Shown here: positions 30,561 to 39,560 of the stretch, one piece after another
Numbering within the stretch: the stretch's first letter is position 1
Layout: the number at the start of each line of letters is the position of its first letter
From: a virus
Taxonomy: Duplodnaviria; Heunggongvirae; Uroviricota; Caudoviricetes
Strand: one strand, 5' to 3'
Length of the DNA: 64,000 bases
Virus record (IMG/VR): IMGVR_UViG_2718218305_000006
Notes under the pieces: generated by a model
Database searches by the model: none
What the model saw: the letters and a program-made list of their open reading frames with translations, nothing else
What the model was told of the DNA's origin: nothing
Made by a program: the position numbers and the translations under genes

Positions 30561-31112
30561 TTAACTTTTCATCGCTTCGTTATGGGGCATGGTTGGGGCA
30601 AACTCGCTTAACTGTGTATTTAACAGCGTTACCTGCGCATTATTATTTTCTGACATCCATTTCCCGTACACCTGAAACACCATTTGCGCATCTGCATGGC
30701 CCATCTGGTTTGCAATGAATGCCGGGTTAGCTCCTGCTGTTAACGACCAGCAGGCATAAGTGTGTCTCGACTGATACGATTTGCGATGGCGGATTCCGGC
30801 ACGCTTTACCGCTGCGTCCCACATCTGCCTTATTGAGTCAACGGTAAAATGGTCGCCATAATTTTTTACTTTCGCTGACACTTCAGGTTGAAAAACAAAG
30901 GTACATTTTTGTTTCTCTGTTCTGCCGAATTCTCTGAGGTGAACATCGATGATATGCTCTTTGCTCAGTCTCGTTAGTGCCATCTGACTCCGGAGAGCGT
31001 CGATTGCGGGCTTAATAAGGTGAATCACACGATTGGTTCCCGCCTGTGTTTTTGGTACTGTAAAACGGTCTTTTGCCAGATTTCTTCTGATTATCATTCT
31101 GCCATTGCGCAA
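30561..31112 (-). pseudogene. int: tyrosine integrase remnant, C-terminal catalytic half only
   Basis: ..TVPKTQAGTNRVIHL..SRHTYACWSLTAGANPAFIANQMGHADAQMVFQVYGKWM carries K/H-R-H-Y box residues; in-frame stop 6 codons upstream of the start; arm- and core-binding domains absent. Confidence 0.7.
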
Positions 31113-32338
31113 GATGGTTGCGGTTTTTCTTCATCATTTTCTTCTTCTGTTTCCTGCTTAGCAGACAGTTCGCGGTTAACTTCTTCCAGGATATCTTTTT
31201 CCGGTGTATGTCGTGCAGCAGTGAGAGTTTCCTTGCTGGGGTTCTCGTGATCAGTCTCCGTTAAGTAGGCGTTGATATACCCCTGAAGGCGTCCCGGGTA
31301 GTGATAAAACTCAGGGTGAGCGCTCCGGATAAGTGCAAAAATAGCGGCGCGGGAATAGTCCAGAATACCCGGGGTTGCGCGAAGTGCTGCGGACCATTCT
31401 TTGAACGGACTTTCTCTTTTCAGGACGATTTCTTTTGCGCGACGATAAACGCTGCCCGGAATTTCATAAATATTAAAATCCATCGGAAGTGTGGCTGCTG
31501 CAATCTCCACATCCAGCGTATCGAAGGTGTGTACTAAATTCGGATTGCGATCGGTTTTGTTCCCGCCACCGGCATTTGCACCGGAAGCCGTACGGGTGAT
31601 ACGCGAAACACGATTTCCTTTCATCCACTCTTTTGTCAGCAGACCCCGATCAGTGTAGTCAGCGTCCAGGTATGCCTCGAAAAAAGCAGTTATCAGTCCC
31701 AGGTCTGAATTACCGGGATTAGGGAAAACTTTGTCAGTGTCGCGTACCAGTTTGTGAAGGTCGCGAATCTCCAGCGGGTCGAGCAGCTTTGTTTTGTGAG
31801 AAATGGCCAGGGCAGTAACAGCCGGCAGTTCTTCCGCCCGTGCTATATGTAATGCCTGAAGTTCTTCCCGTGCAACGTGCGTTACTGGTTTTTCGCTGCC
31901 GTGTTGCGCAAGCCAGCGAATGGGCAGCTCCTGACCAGAAACCGGCAGGAGCATATTCTCCTCAATCTCCGTCATGTCTTCGCCGTTGACGTTGGTATTG
32001 TCAGTACTGGCTGGTTTCTCCTGCACGGAGGGAGAGGGCGCGATAAATACCATTGTAATGCCATCTTCCCCGCCTTTTTCGTATCGGTTGCAGAATTCGG
32101 TATCAAACACGCCTTCAGGTGGAAGGTCATTCACAACGGGTAAATGGACGCGAACGGGTTTTTTAAAGTCGTCTTCATCATAATCGTTGTCATCCATTGC
32201 GGTAATGCAGCGGGAGATGGCAACAGATAATTTTTTTGCTGTAGTCCAGTAAAAACCACCTTTAATTCCCAGACGTTTTCTGACTTTGTCATTTTTTGCT
32301 TCGCAATATAGCGCAAATTCTTCTTTATCAGTGCTCAT
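31094..32338 (-). CDS. hypothetical acidic protein (414 aa), ydfE-like position in a Qin-type operon
   Basis: Intact 1245-nt ORF overlapping the integrase remnant by 19 nt in another frame; Asp/Glu-rich stretches; no motif recognised. Confidence 0.55.
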   Translation of the reverse strand: MSTDKEEFALYCEAKNDKVRKRLGIKGGFYWTTAKKLSVAISRCITAMDDNDYDEDDFKKPVRVHLPVVNDLPPEGVFDTEFCNRYEKGGEDGITMVFIAPSPSVQEKPASTDNTNVNGEDMTEIEENMLLPVSGQELPIRWLAQHGSEKPVTHVAREELQALHIARAEELPAVTALAISHKTKLLDPLEIRDLHKLVRDTDKVFPNPGNSDLGLITAFFEAYLDADYTDRGLLTKEWMKGNRVSRITRTASGANAGGGNKTDRNPNLVHTFDTLDVEIAAATLPMDFNIYEIPGSVYRRAKEIVLKRESPFKEWSAALRATPGILDYSRAAIFALIRSAHPEFYHYPGRLQGYINAYLTETDHENPSKETLTAARHTPEKDILEEVNRELSAKQETEEENDEEKPQPSCAMAE

Positions 32339-32430
32339 TGATAAACCTCATTACAGATTTAAGGGTGAACAAATCCCTGCCATTGCTGGCATTTTTAATC
32401 CGTTGGTATGGTGTTAATATGGCTGGAGGG

Positions 32431-32619
32431 TTATCCAGCCGGTGTTTCGTTATTCAGGTACAGCGATACTTTTTTTACCGGGAGGCATTCACCAGAAATT
32501 TTTTGCTCGTCTCTTGCCTGGAGGCAGGATTCTTTACTGGCATAAATTCCGGTAATCACATTCTGTGATTCACCCGTTATAAGAAAAACCGTCATCATCA
32601 GTGCAAATGCTGAAGTCAT
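32431..32619 (-). CDS. YdfD-like small protein with N-terminal hydrophobic segment
   Basis: 62 aa, MTSAFALMMTVFLITG..; ATGA overlap with dicB; position as ydfD in the Qin dicB operon. Confidence 0.5.
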   Translation of the reverse strand: MTSAFALMMTVFLITGESQNVITGIYASKESCLQARDEQKISGECLPVKKVSLYLNNETPAG

Positions 32620-32804
32620 TGACGTTCTCCGAAAATACCAAGTTCAAGAAGAGCAATTCGGGAAAGTATGGAATTATCATTGAGCAGATAAGGCTCATAT
32701 TTCCTCATGTTAATGGCATCTTCAGTAAACTCCCGGTTACTGAGCAGAACACCAATATCAAAACAACCTTCAGACGTATTAACGTTTGGTAATAACGTTT
32801 CCAT
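32616..32804 (-). CDS. dicB: cell division inhibitor DicB-like
   Basis: 62 aa, METLLPNVNTSEGCFDIGVLLSNREFTEDAIN.. matches recalled E. coli DicB N-terminal half; lies just downstream of DicF. Confidence 0.7.
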   Translation of the reverse strand: METLLPNVNTSEGCFDIGVLLSNREFTEDAINMRKYEPYLLNDNSILSRIALLELGIFGERQ

Positions 32805-32973
32805 TATCGCGTCCTCAACAATGAATTTTGTGATGCAGTGCCTGGTGCCTCCAGGTGACGTTAACCAGTTAACAATTAACGCCGGATACAGAGAATCCAC
32901 CCATAACACTGTTTTTGGTTTTAACTGTTCCGCGTGCGCTTAGCCGCATTCACCGCATCACAAAATTCACTTT

Positions 32974-33031
32974 AAAAAGGGCGGCAGAGCAGCCACGGAG
33001 TAAAACTGATACCGCCAAACGTCACCAGAAA
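32974..33031 (-). ncRNA. dicF: DicF small RNA
   Basis: Minus strand reads TTTCTGGTGACGTTTGGCGGTATCAGTTTTACTCCGTGGCTGCTCTGCCGCCCTTTTT, matching recalled DicF with its terminator hairpin. Confidence 0.7.
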
Positions 33032-33368
33032 ATTGATAACAGAGGGCGTTGCAGCGGGGTTGTCACTTAAGCGTATGGTCAACCTGACAACCCGGTGTCC
33101 TCAATGGGGAAGGAATAACCCCGCCATACTTACCGCCGCGCCATTTCGCGGAGTGCCACAACCGGAAGCGCACGTTCGAAGAAATCTAACGACAAGCCTT
33201 CTAAGGGAAAGAGCTTCGCCGTACGCTTTCGCGTTATGCACTGACTTTTCAGGGAAATATCCTTTCAGTAAACTGTCAGTACCGGATTCTTATCCGTGTC
33301 CGGCGCACGACCACACGTGACAGCGTGTTGGTCTCCATTTTTAACCCAGAACCTCAATGGAGGATAAA

Positions 33369-33578
33369 ATGCCAAACAAAAAAAGAAATCCGCTTATTGA
33401 AAAACAGATTGAATGCCTGGTAAATCAACTCAGGCAATCAGGGTTATTAAAAACTCATTCAGAGTTGAGGCTCACAGAATCAGCATTCGACGATAAATTA
33501 AATAATGTCCTTTATAATGGCATTATTGATTTTAATCGTTCTGTTGGTCGCCGCGGCCCTGCTGGTGTTTCCTTATAA
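33369..33578 (+). CDS. hypothetical small protein (69 aa), convergent with dicB operon
   Basis: GGAGG RBS 6 nt upstream of ATG; an overlapping hydrophobic 32-aa ORF (33517..33615) is an alternative. Confidence 0.3.
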   Translation: MPNKKRNPLIEKQIECLVNQLRQSGLLKTHSELRLTESAFDDKLNNVLYNGIIDFNRSVGRRGPAGVSL

Positions 33579-34229
33579 TTACCAGTCAATCCAGAGTGGA
33601 CCGTGTTCAGCGTAAATATAACTGTACACATCCAGATTATATTTGTGGTCTGTTAAGAACAGGCCGCAAATACATGCCGAAGCTTCCAGTGCAGCGGCTC
33701 TGTTACTGAATAACCATGTAGCAACATTCCAGCGTTTTTCTGCATCCCAGTCTTTCTCAAGGCCTGATACCATGAAGAAACCGTTAGTGTTGCCATCAAA
33801 TAATTCTGTTTCCAAATTTTTAAGCAATGCCTGATGGACTCTTGCCAGGTATTCCGCCGGAATTTCGCCACGAATTCTGATGAGATTGTCATAAACAAAC
33901 ATGTTCCCCGCATATGGCGATTTTTCTTTCTTGTTTTTTAAACCAGCATCATGAGCAAACTGATCAATTTCTTCTTCCGTTGGTTTCGTATTGATGTTTT
34001 GCGCTGTCGTTTCTGCAATTTTATTTGCCACACTCTCTGAGTCGTGTTTATTTATAGACGCACAGAAATACAATCCGGTAAACGCATCGCGCACATTACG
34101 AGCCATATTATCAGTGTCTTTTTTCGTTACCGATTCCAATTCAAGTTCGTTCAGACGATGACGAAGTGTGTGTGCTGCAATCTCCTGGATTGAAGGAGGT
34201 AAATCTTTAAATTCCATCGTCAACCTCAT
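33579..34229 (-). CDS. hypothetical protein (216 aa), second gene of the coupled pair beside cI
   Basis: ATG overlaps the stop of the upstream 77-aa gene (TGATG); no family recognised. Confidence 0.6.
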   Translation of the reverse strand: MRLTMEFKDLPPSIQEIAAHTLRHRLNELELESVTKKDTDNMARNVRDAFTGLYFCASINKHDSESVANKIAETTAQNINTKPTEEEIDQFAHDAGLKNKKEKSPYAGNMFVYDNLIRIRGEIPAEYLARVHQALLKNLETELFDGNTNGFFMVSGLEKDWDAEKRWNVATWLFSNRAAALEASACICGLFLTDHKYNLDVYSYIYAEHGPLWIDW

Positions 34230-34462
34230 CAGTCAGTGTTTCTGGCTAACCAGCGACGCGCGCCAGCTTCAGTTTTAAACGTTTTGCTTTTGGTATACGT
34301 CATCGCGGTGAACGTACCGTCCTGGTTGGGGAACACGCCACATACCAGAGATTCGTTGTTGCCAAGATTGAGCGTATCCATGTTGACCTCATTTCCCCTT
34401 AACGCCGGGGTAGCGGAACAAAAACCTGCTGCATAGTTATTAAAGTTGAACCCTGCCGTCAT
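34229..34462 (-). CDS. hypothetical protein (77 aa), first gene downstream of cI
   Basis: Same strand as cI, separated by a 211-bp gap; coupled to the 216-aa gene. Confidence 0.5.
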   Translation of the reverse strand: MTAGFNFNNYAAGFCSATPALRGNEVNMDTLNLGNNESLVCGVFPNQDGTFTAMTYTKSKTFKTEAGARRWLARNTD

Positions 34463-34673
34463 GTTCTTACGCCTCGGGCTGGCTACTTAACCCCTGACCA
34501 CTGCCTGGTAACTCGAAGTATTGCCCTGCATTCTGTGGGGCGGGGTGAGGGAATGAATGAAGTTTAGAAAAACGAACATTTAAGGTCAATGTTTTTTTAT
34601 CAAAACATTTTAAGCAGGCAGCTGTTACGCCATCACTACGATGGCATACAGTTAATCAAATAGATGAGGTTGG

Positions 34674-35312
34674 TTAAATATCTTGTTGAATTTTAAAGCA
34701 TACTCCCAATATGCAAGATAGATCATCCAGCATAATTGAAGGGTAGCGAGGATTCGTGGGGACTAAAAGAATATCCGGCCCTTCTATCTCCAGTTTGCGA
34801 ATGACAGGCGTTGTGGTCCCTTTGGGTAAGGCAAGGACAATATTTCCTGGTTGTACGATTCGATCGGGATCAACAAAAACTGTTGAACCATTTGGGATGG
34901 AAACTCCACCACCAGATGTCGACATACTGTCACTCTCTAGAACAACAGCAAAGGTATTGGCCGGGATTTCTCCGACAAGCTGCACACAAGAGGTTATTGA
35001 GGAATTTTTCATATAATCACTCCAGCTTGCTGCCTGCTGAAGTGATAGTAGCGGAACCGTTTTTATCGGCGGTAAAGATAGATCAAGCGAATCACCTGTA
35101 TTTAACTCTCCTCCATTAAGAAGCCAATTTTCGTTTACTTTCAATATCTTTGCCAGTGAACTTATGTAACGCGAGGACGGCGCTCCTCCACCGTTCATCC
35201 ATTGACTTACGGAGCCTTTTGATGCGCCAGTGGCATTGACAAGGTCTTTGCCTTTCAAGTTTAGCGCATGCATACGTTGGGTTATGCGTTCAGATATTGT
35301 TTGCTTGTTCAT
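34674..35312 (-). CDS. cI: CI-type repressor (HTH + S24 LexA-like peptidase domain)
   Basis: 212 aa; N-terminal HTH (..GASKGSVSQWMNG..) and C-terminal S24-like segment; divergent from cro-like gene. Confidence 0.85.
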   Translation of the reverse strand: MNKQTISERITQRMHALNLKGKDLVNATGASKGSVSQWMNGGGAPSSRYISSLAKILKVNENWLLNGGELNTGDSLDLSLPPIKTVPLLSLQQAASWSDYMKNSSITSCVQLVGEIPANTFAVVLESDSMSTSGGGVSIPNGSTVFVDPDRIVQPGNIVLALPKGTTTPVIRKLEIEGPDILLVPTNPRYPSIMLDDLSCILGVCFKIQQDI

Positions 35313-35403
35313 GTTTTGATTTTAAAACACAGATGGTTTTGTTTCTTGACTTTCTTTGGTTTTGATTATTAAACTTTTGGCGTTCAGTTTTATGGAGCGA
35401 CTC
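35313..35403. promoter_or_regulatory. immunity-region intergenic (divergent pRM/pR with operators, inferred)
   Basis: 91-bp AT-rich spacer between divergent cI and cro-like genes containing TTGACT and partial palindromes. Confidence 0.4.
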
Positions 35404-35646
35404 ATGAAAAAATCAGAAGTATTAGGCTATTTTGGCGGAGTTGTTAAAACAGCCGCCGCTCTAGGAACGTCAAAAACCACAGTCAGCATGTGGGGGGAAG
35501 ACGTTCCGTGGAAATGGGCGTTGCTAATTCAGGCAGTCACTGCCGGGGCGCTCAAATATGAGTTACACATACCGACGGTTGTCATTCCCGATTCTGATCA
35601 TAATCCGCCTTCTAACCAAGGGGGGATTCATGAAAATCAAGCATGA
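35404..35646 (+). CDS. cro: Cro-like DNA-binding protein
   Basis: 80 aa, GGAG RBS, HTH-like ..AAALGTSKTTVSMW..; first rightward gene opposite cI. Confidence 0.65.
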   Translation: MKKSEVLGYFGGVVKTAAALGTSKTTVSMWGEDVPWKWALLIQAVTAGALKYELHIPTVVIPDSDHNPPSNQGGIHENQA

Positions 35647-36055
35647 ACACATCCGCATGGCGATGAATGCCTGGGCGCGTCCTGATGGCGAAAAAGTTCC
35701 GGCAGCTGGAATAACCCAGGCTTATTTTGAGTTGGGTATGACGTTTCCTGAACTGTACGACGACAGCCATCCGGAAGCCCTGGCTCGCAATACCCAGAAA
35801 ATTTTCCGCTGGATAGAGAAAGACACCCCTGATGCAGTTGAAAAAATGCAGGCTCTGTTACCGGCGATCGAAAAGGCAATGCCGCCTCTGCTGGTGGCCC
35901 GTATGCGCAGTCACAGCTCTGAATATTACCGTGAGATCGTCGAACGGAGGGATCGGCTGGTGAAAGATGTGGATGATTTTGTCGCAGCGGCGATCGCCTG
36001 GGGCACCCTGACTAACAGTGGGGGTCAGCCTGGTAATGCTGTTGTCGTGCATTGA
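35630..36055 (+). CDS. CII-like regulator (YdaT family)
   Basis: 141 aa from an internal ATG; position after cro; MKIKHEHIRMAMNAWARPDGEK.. resembles Rac YdaT as recalled. Confidence 0.55.
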   Translation: MKIKHEHIRMAMNAWARPDGEKVPAAGITQAYFELGMTFPELYDDSHPEALARNTQKIFRWIEKDTPDAVEKMQALLPAIEKAMPPLLVARMRSHSSEYYREIVERRDRLVKDVDDFVAAAIAWGTLTNSGGQPGNAVVVH

Positions 36056-36123
36056 CCAACAATATTCATGCCGGATTTCTTCCGGATGTTCGAGGGTAAA
36101 GTTCGGTATCAGAAGAGGTGAGT

Positions 36124-37167
36124 ATGGCTAATGCCTGGCTCAGATTGTGGCATGACATGCCAAATGACCCCAAGTGGCGAACGATTGCCAGGGTATCAGG
36201 ACAGCCAATCGCAACAGTGATGGCAGTGTATATCCATCTTCTGGTGAGCGCGTCACGAAATGTCACGACATGTCACGGCGTGTCACTACGTGGTCACATT
36301 GATGTCACGACGGAAGATTTAGCAAGTGCGCTTGATGTGACGGAAGACGTAATTGATTCAATTTTGCATGCAATGCAGGGGCGGGTTCTGGATGGTGACC
36401 TTATTTCCGGATGGGAAAAACGTCAGGTGCTGAAAGAGGACAATGGTAACGTTTCGCAAACGGCAAAATCCCCGGCAGAGCGCAAGAGAGCGCAGCGGGA
36501 GCGGGAAAAGCTGCGGAAACATAATGCTGATTGTCACGATGAGTCACGACGTGTCACGCATCTGTCACGACAAGTCACGACAGATAAAGATACAGATAAA
36601 GATACAGATACAGAATTAAACCCCACACATAACGCGCGCGAGAGTATTCCGACCAGTGAGTCGAATGGTGCGCCGTTGCAGACAGCCGAACCTGAATACC
36701 TGGACGGCCTGAGCGAACCGATCGGGAAATTTTCGATGACTACTGTCTGGCAGCCGTCGCCGGATTTTCGACAACGGGCAGCAGTGTGGGGTATGGCTCT
36801 GCCTGAGCCGGAATTTACACCTGCTGAGCTTGCCGCATTCCGGGATTACTGGATGGCGGAGGGGAAGGTTTTCACGCAGGTTCAGTGGGAGCAGAAATTT
36901 GCCCGCCACGTGCAGCACGTCAGGGCACAGGTAAAACCAGTCAGCAAGGGGGGAAGCCATGCAGCATCAGGTGGCACGGCATCACGGGCAGTTCAGGAAA
37001 TCCGGGCTGCACGCGAACAGTGGGAACGTGACAACGGATTTATCAGCAACGGAAACGGCCTGGAAGCTGTGGGAGCTCATGGGGGAGGTGTATTCGAACC
37101 GCTGGACTCAGAAGAACGGGGCCGCACCTTCGAAGCTCTGGATTGCCCAGATTGGTGCGATGACTGA
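36124..37167 (+). CDS. replication initiation protein (O-like, DUF1376/YdaU-type) containing origin iterons
   Basis: MANAWLRLWHDMPNDPKWRTIA.. N-terminus; two clusters of GTCACG repeats inside the coding sequence. Confidence 0.7.
   Translation: MANAWLRLWHDMPNDPKWRTIARVSGQPIATVMAVYIHLLVSASRNVTTCHGVSLRGHIDVTTEDLASALDVTEDVIDSILHAMQGRVLDGDLISGWEKRQVLKEDNGNVSQTAKSPAERKRAQREREKLRKHNADCHDESRRVTHLSRQVTTDKDTDKDTDTELNPTHNARESIPTSESNGAPLQTAEPEYLDGLSEPIGKFSMTTVWQPSPDFRQRAAVWGMALPEPEFTPAELAAFRDYWMAEGKVFTQVQWEQKFARHVQHVRAQVKPVSKGGSHAASGGTASRAVQEIRAAREQWERDNGFISNGNGLEAVGAHGGGVFEPLDSEERGRTFEALDCPDWCDD
36250..36312. repeat. iteron cluster 1 (GTCACG repeats at about 10-bp spacing)
   Basis: cgtcacgaaatgtcacgacatgtcacggcgtgtcactacgtggtcacattgatgtcacgac. 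Confidence 0.55.
36532..36615. repeat. iteron cluster 2 plus GATAAAGATACA tandem repeats
   Basis: tgtcacgatgagtcacgacgtgtcacgcatctgtcacgacaagtcacgac then gataaagatacagataaagatacagataca (encodes DKDTDKDTDTE). Confidence 0.5.
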
Positions 37168-37621
37168 ACAGCAAATCCGTCTGGTGTGCCGTCAGTGCAT
37201 GGACCGCTGCCGGGCGGGTGAAACGTGGCCCCCGGACCTGGCTGAGTTTGTTGCGCTGATTTCGGAGAGTGGGGCAAATCCATTTGGTCTTACGGTGGAT
37301 GCCGTGATGGAAGAGTACCGGCGCTGGCGCAATGAATCCTGGCGATACGACGGGAGTGATAAATACCCGTGGCCACAGCCTGTGCTGTACCACATCTGCC
37401 TCGAAATGCGTACCAGAGGGATTGAGCGCCAGATGACGCAAGGTGAGTTAAAACGACTTGCGGAACGGCAACTGACGAAATGGGCAAAGCATGTTGGTAA
37501 CGGGATGAGTGTTCCGCCAGTGCGACGACAACTGGAAGGGGCGAAACACCCGCAAGGGCCAACGCCAATTGAACGGCTGAAACAGGAATACGAACGCCGG
37601 AAGGCAGCTGGTTTTATTTGA
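37160..37621 (+). CDS. replication protein P-like (helicase loader family)
   Basis: ATG overlaps the O-like stop; ..FVALISESGA..KYPWPQPVLYHICL.. parallels lambda P (FVAWCREEA..SYPWKSNAHYWLV); start could instead be 37079. Confidence 0.55.
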   Translation: MTEQQIRLVCRQCMDRCRAGETWPPDLAEFVALISESGANPFGLTVDAVMEEYRRWRNESWRYDGSDKYPWPQPVLYHICLEMRTRGIERQMTQGELKRLAERQLTKWAKHVGNGMSVPPVRRQLEGAKHPQGPTPIERLKQEYERRKAAGFI

Positions 37622-37654
37622 ATCTGAGAAACGATTTTGTCGGAGGAAATATTA

Positions 37655-38371
37655 ATGGAAACCGTATTTGACGCACTGAAAGCACTGAAAAAAGCCTCTT
37701 CACAGGTAGTGGCATCGCGCCTTGGAATCAGCCGCGAAGATGCTGTCAACGAACTGTGGAAACTGAAGCGCCGTGGTGAAGCGGATAACAAGGGGTCGAT
37801 GTGGTGGCTGACTCAGACTGGTGAAAGTGAACCAGTGTCACCGGTACCGAAAGTGACAGCGCAAATGCTGACTGAGGCGATTGAACATCATGGCCCACAA
37901 ACGGCGGATGAGCTGGCACTGATGTTCGGGATTACCTCCCGCCGGGCGAATTCATCACTGGCCATGGCAATCAGCAAAGGGCGTCTGATTCGCGTGAATC
38001 AGGGCGGTAAATTTCGGTACTGCATACCGGGCGCTGATTTACCGGCAGAGCCGAAAGCCGCATCCATAACGGAAACGGATGGTAAAGCCTTTCCTCAGCC
38101 AGCAGGTGTTGCGTTACCAGTCGGGGAAGCGGAAACACAGGAAGAAATAAAAACGGAAAGTGTGGCGGTCACAGTGCAGTCACAGCCGTCGTTCACCAGA
38201 AAGCATCCGGATGGTCTGATTTTACCATCGCTGCATGTGGCTAACCGCGAGCTGCGCCGGGCAAAAGGTCAGGTTCAGAAGTGGGAGCGAGTCTGCGCCG
38301 CGCTGCGGGAGCTGAACAAGTGCCGGGATATTCTCCGGGATATTACCGCCACCAGAGAACAGCAGCGGTGA
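37655..38371 (+). CDS. hypothetical nin-region protein (238 aa)
   Basis: GGAGG RBS; two winged-helix-like segments; no family assigned. Confidence 0.45.
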   Translation: METVFDALKALKKASSQVVASRLGISREDAVNELWKLKRRGEADNKGSMWWLTQTGESEPVSPVPKVTAQMLTEAIEHHGPQTADELALMFGITSRRANSSLAMAISKGRLIRVNQGGKFRYCIPGADLPAEPKAASITETDGKAFPQPAGVALPVGEAETQEEIKTESVAVTVQSQPSFTRKHPDGLILPSLHVANRELRRAKGQVQKWERVCAALRELNKCRDILRDITATREQQR

Positions 38372-38685
38372 GTGGGTGGAAGACGTGGTGCCGGGCGGAA
38401 ATCATGATACTCCGGCAGTGTGCGGGAACGATGAAGGTAAAAAGCGTTGGCGCACTTATCGGACGAACTGAAGCGGCAGTGAGAACGAAGGCACGGGAGC
38501 TGGGCATCAGCATGATGTTACGTGGTGATTTTCACCCGTCGGCAAAATATTCTCAGCGTGATATTGAGCTGGCGCGGCAACTGCATCAGAGAGGCATGCA
38601 AAGAAGGGAAATTGCCAGAAAATTAGGCATGCCGCTGCGCATAGTGAATAACTACGTTTATTTCGACAGGAGGGTGTCTGCGTGA
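38368..38685 (+). CDS. small HTH DNA-binding protein
   Basis: GTG overlapping the upstream stop; C-terminal ..[32 protein letters not shown].. HTH. Confidence 0.45.
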   Translation: MSGWKTWCRAEIMILRQCAGTMKVKSVGALIGRTEAAVRTKARELGISMMLRGDFHPSAKYSQRDIELARQLHQRGMQRREIARKLGMPLRIVNNYVYFDRRVSA

Positions 38686-38909
38686 AAATCCTGTATCAGG
38701 ATTACGGCCCGGTGGGGCAGGTGGTTATCAGCAGTACTGTAATGGAGTTTCGGAAGCATAACCGTGTGGTGGATGCTGTGCTGTTAACCTGTCCGGGGAT
38801 ATCGGCGAGTCGTGCAGGTGTGTTTATTATGAAGACGAAATTATATGGCAGTAAGGCGTGGATAAAGAAGGCGTATCGTGTAGCGTTGCAGGAGGTTAAC
38901 AGTGAGTGA
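38682..38909 (+). CDS. hypothetical protein (75 aa)
   Basis: Overlapping operon member in the nin-like region. Confidence 0.4.
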   Translation: MKILYQDYGPVGQVVISSTVMEFRKHNRVVDAVLLTCPGISASRAGVFIMKTKLYGSKAWIKKAYRVALQEVNSE

Positions 38910-39213
38910 AATTAAAGAAATGCCGGTAGTTCGTGACGGATATGGCTACTGGACACATCCTGAATATGAAAAATTCTGTGATGGTCGGGAATATATTTCA
39001 ACGGAAGAGTTTAACGCCTGGATGGAGGAAAATAATCTTCAATACGTCCTCTGCTTCAGAGATGAAGGATGTGCTGACCTTGATGCGTGTGATGCTGATA
39101 TTTCTGCATGGGAACCGGAACGACCAGAGGGCGATGGCTGGTTTATTGGTTCCATTCATGATACGGAAGATGGCCCGGTTTGTGTCTGGTTGCGAAATAA
39201 GGCTGAAGCATAA
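38902..39213 (+). CDS. hypothetical protein (103 aa)
   Basis: Overlapping operon member; acidic, Cys-containing. Confidence 0.4.
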   Translation: MSEIKEMPVVRDGYGYWTHPEYEKFCDGREYISTEEFNAWMEENNLQYVLCFRDEGCADLDACDADISAWEPERPEGDGWFIGSIHDTEDGPVCVWLRNKAEA

Positions 39214-39340
39214 AGGCGATAAACCAACTAACAACTAAATACTGAAGATTTAAATCAGAAACGATTTTTATTAAATCCTTAACCGGAGGGATTCCTGCAC
39301 CCTCAGAACATCAGGAGGCCGCCCGAAAGGGCGGTAAGAA

Positions 39341-39559
39341 ATGAAACATTATTTAGAAAAAAATTACCCACGAAAGAGCAGAACAACAGAGTTTCTGTTT
39401 TTCATTCTGTTTATAGTGTTGATGATACCGATATCCCCGCTATTACTGGTCTGGATAATTGGAAGGACATTTGAACCAGTTATTGAGCTATATACCGATG
39501 TGACATGGGAATCATTCAGCGCACTGCACAATAAAATTAATCCGTATAAGGAAAACTGA
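39341..39559 (+). CDS. small membrane protein (72 aa)
   Basis: Central hydrophobic helix FLFFILFIVLMIPISPLLLVWIIG. Confidence 0.3.
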   Translation: MKHYLEKNYPRKSRTTEFLFFILFIVLMIPISPLLLVWIIGRTFEPVIELYTDVTWESFSALHNKINPYKEN

Positions 39560-39560
39560 T

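Noticed and set aside
31094-32338. 414-aa protein considered as a type III secretion effector
   Set aside because: No recognisable effector motif and, by eye, the base composition is not distinctly lower in GC than neighbouring prophage genes; left as unknown.
33040-33100. Long perfect hairpin (GGGTTGTCA..TGACAACCC) considered as a retron msr/msd
   Set aside because: No reverse transcriptase ORF nearby; it lies in the leader of the dicB operon next to DicF.
36250-36615. Tandem repeats considered as a possible CRISPR array
   Set aside because: Repeats are short, lie inside a coding sequence and match the iteron pattern of a phage origin; no cas genes nearby.
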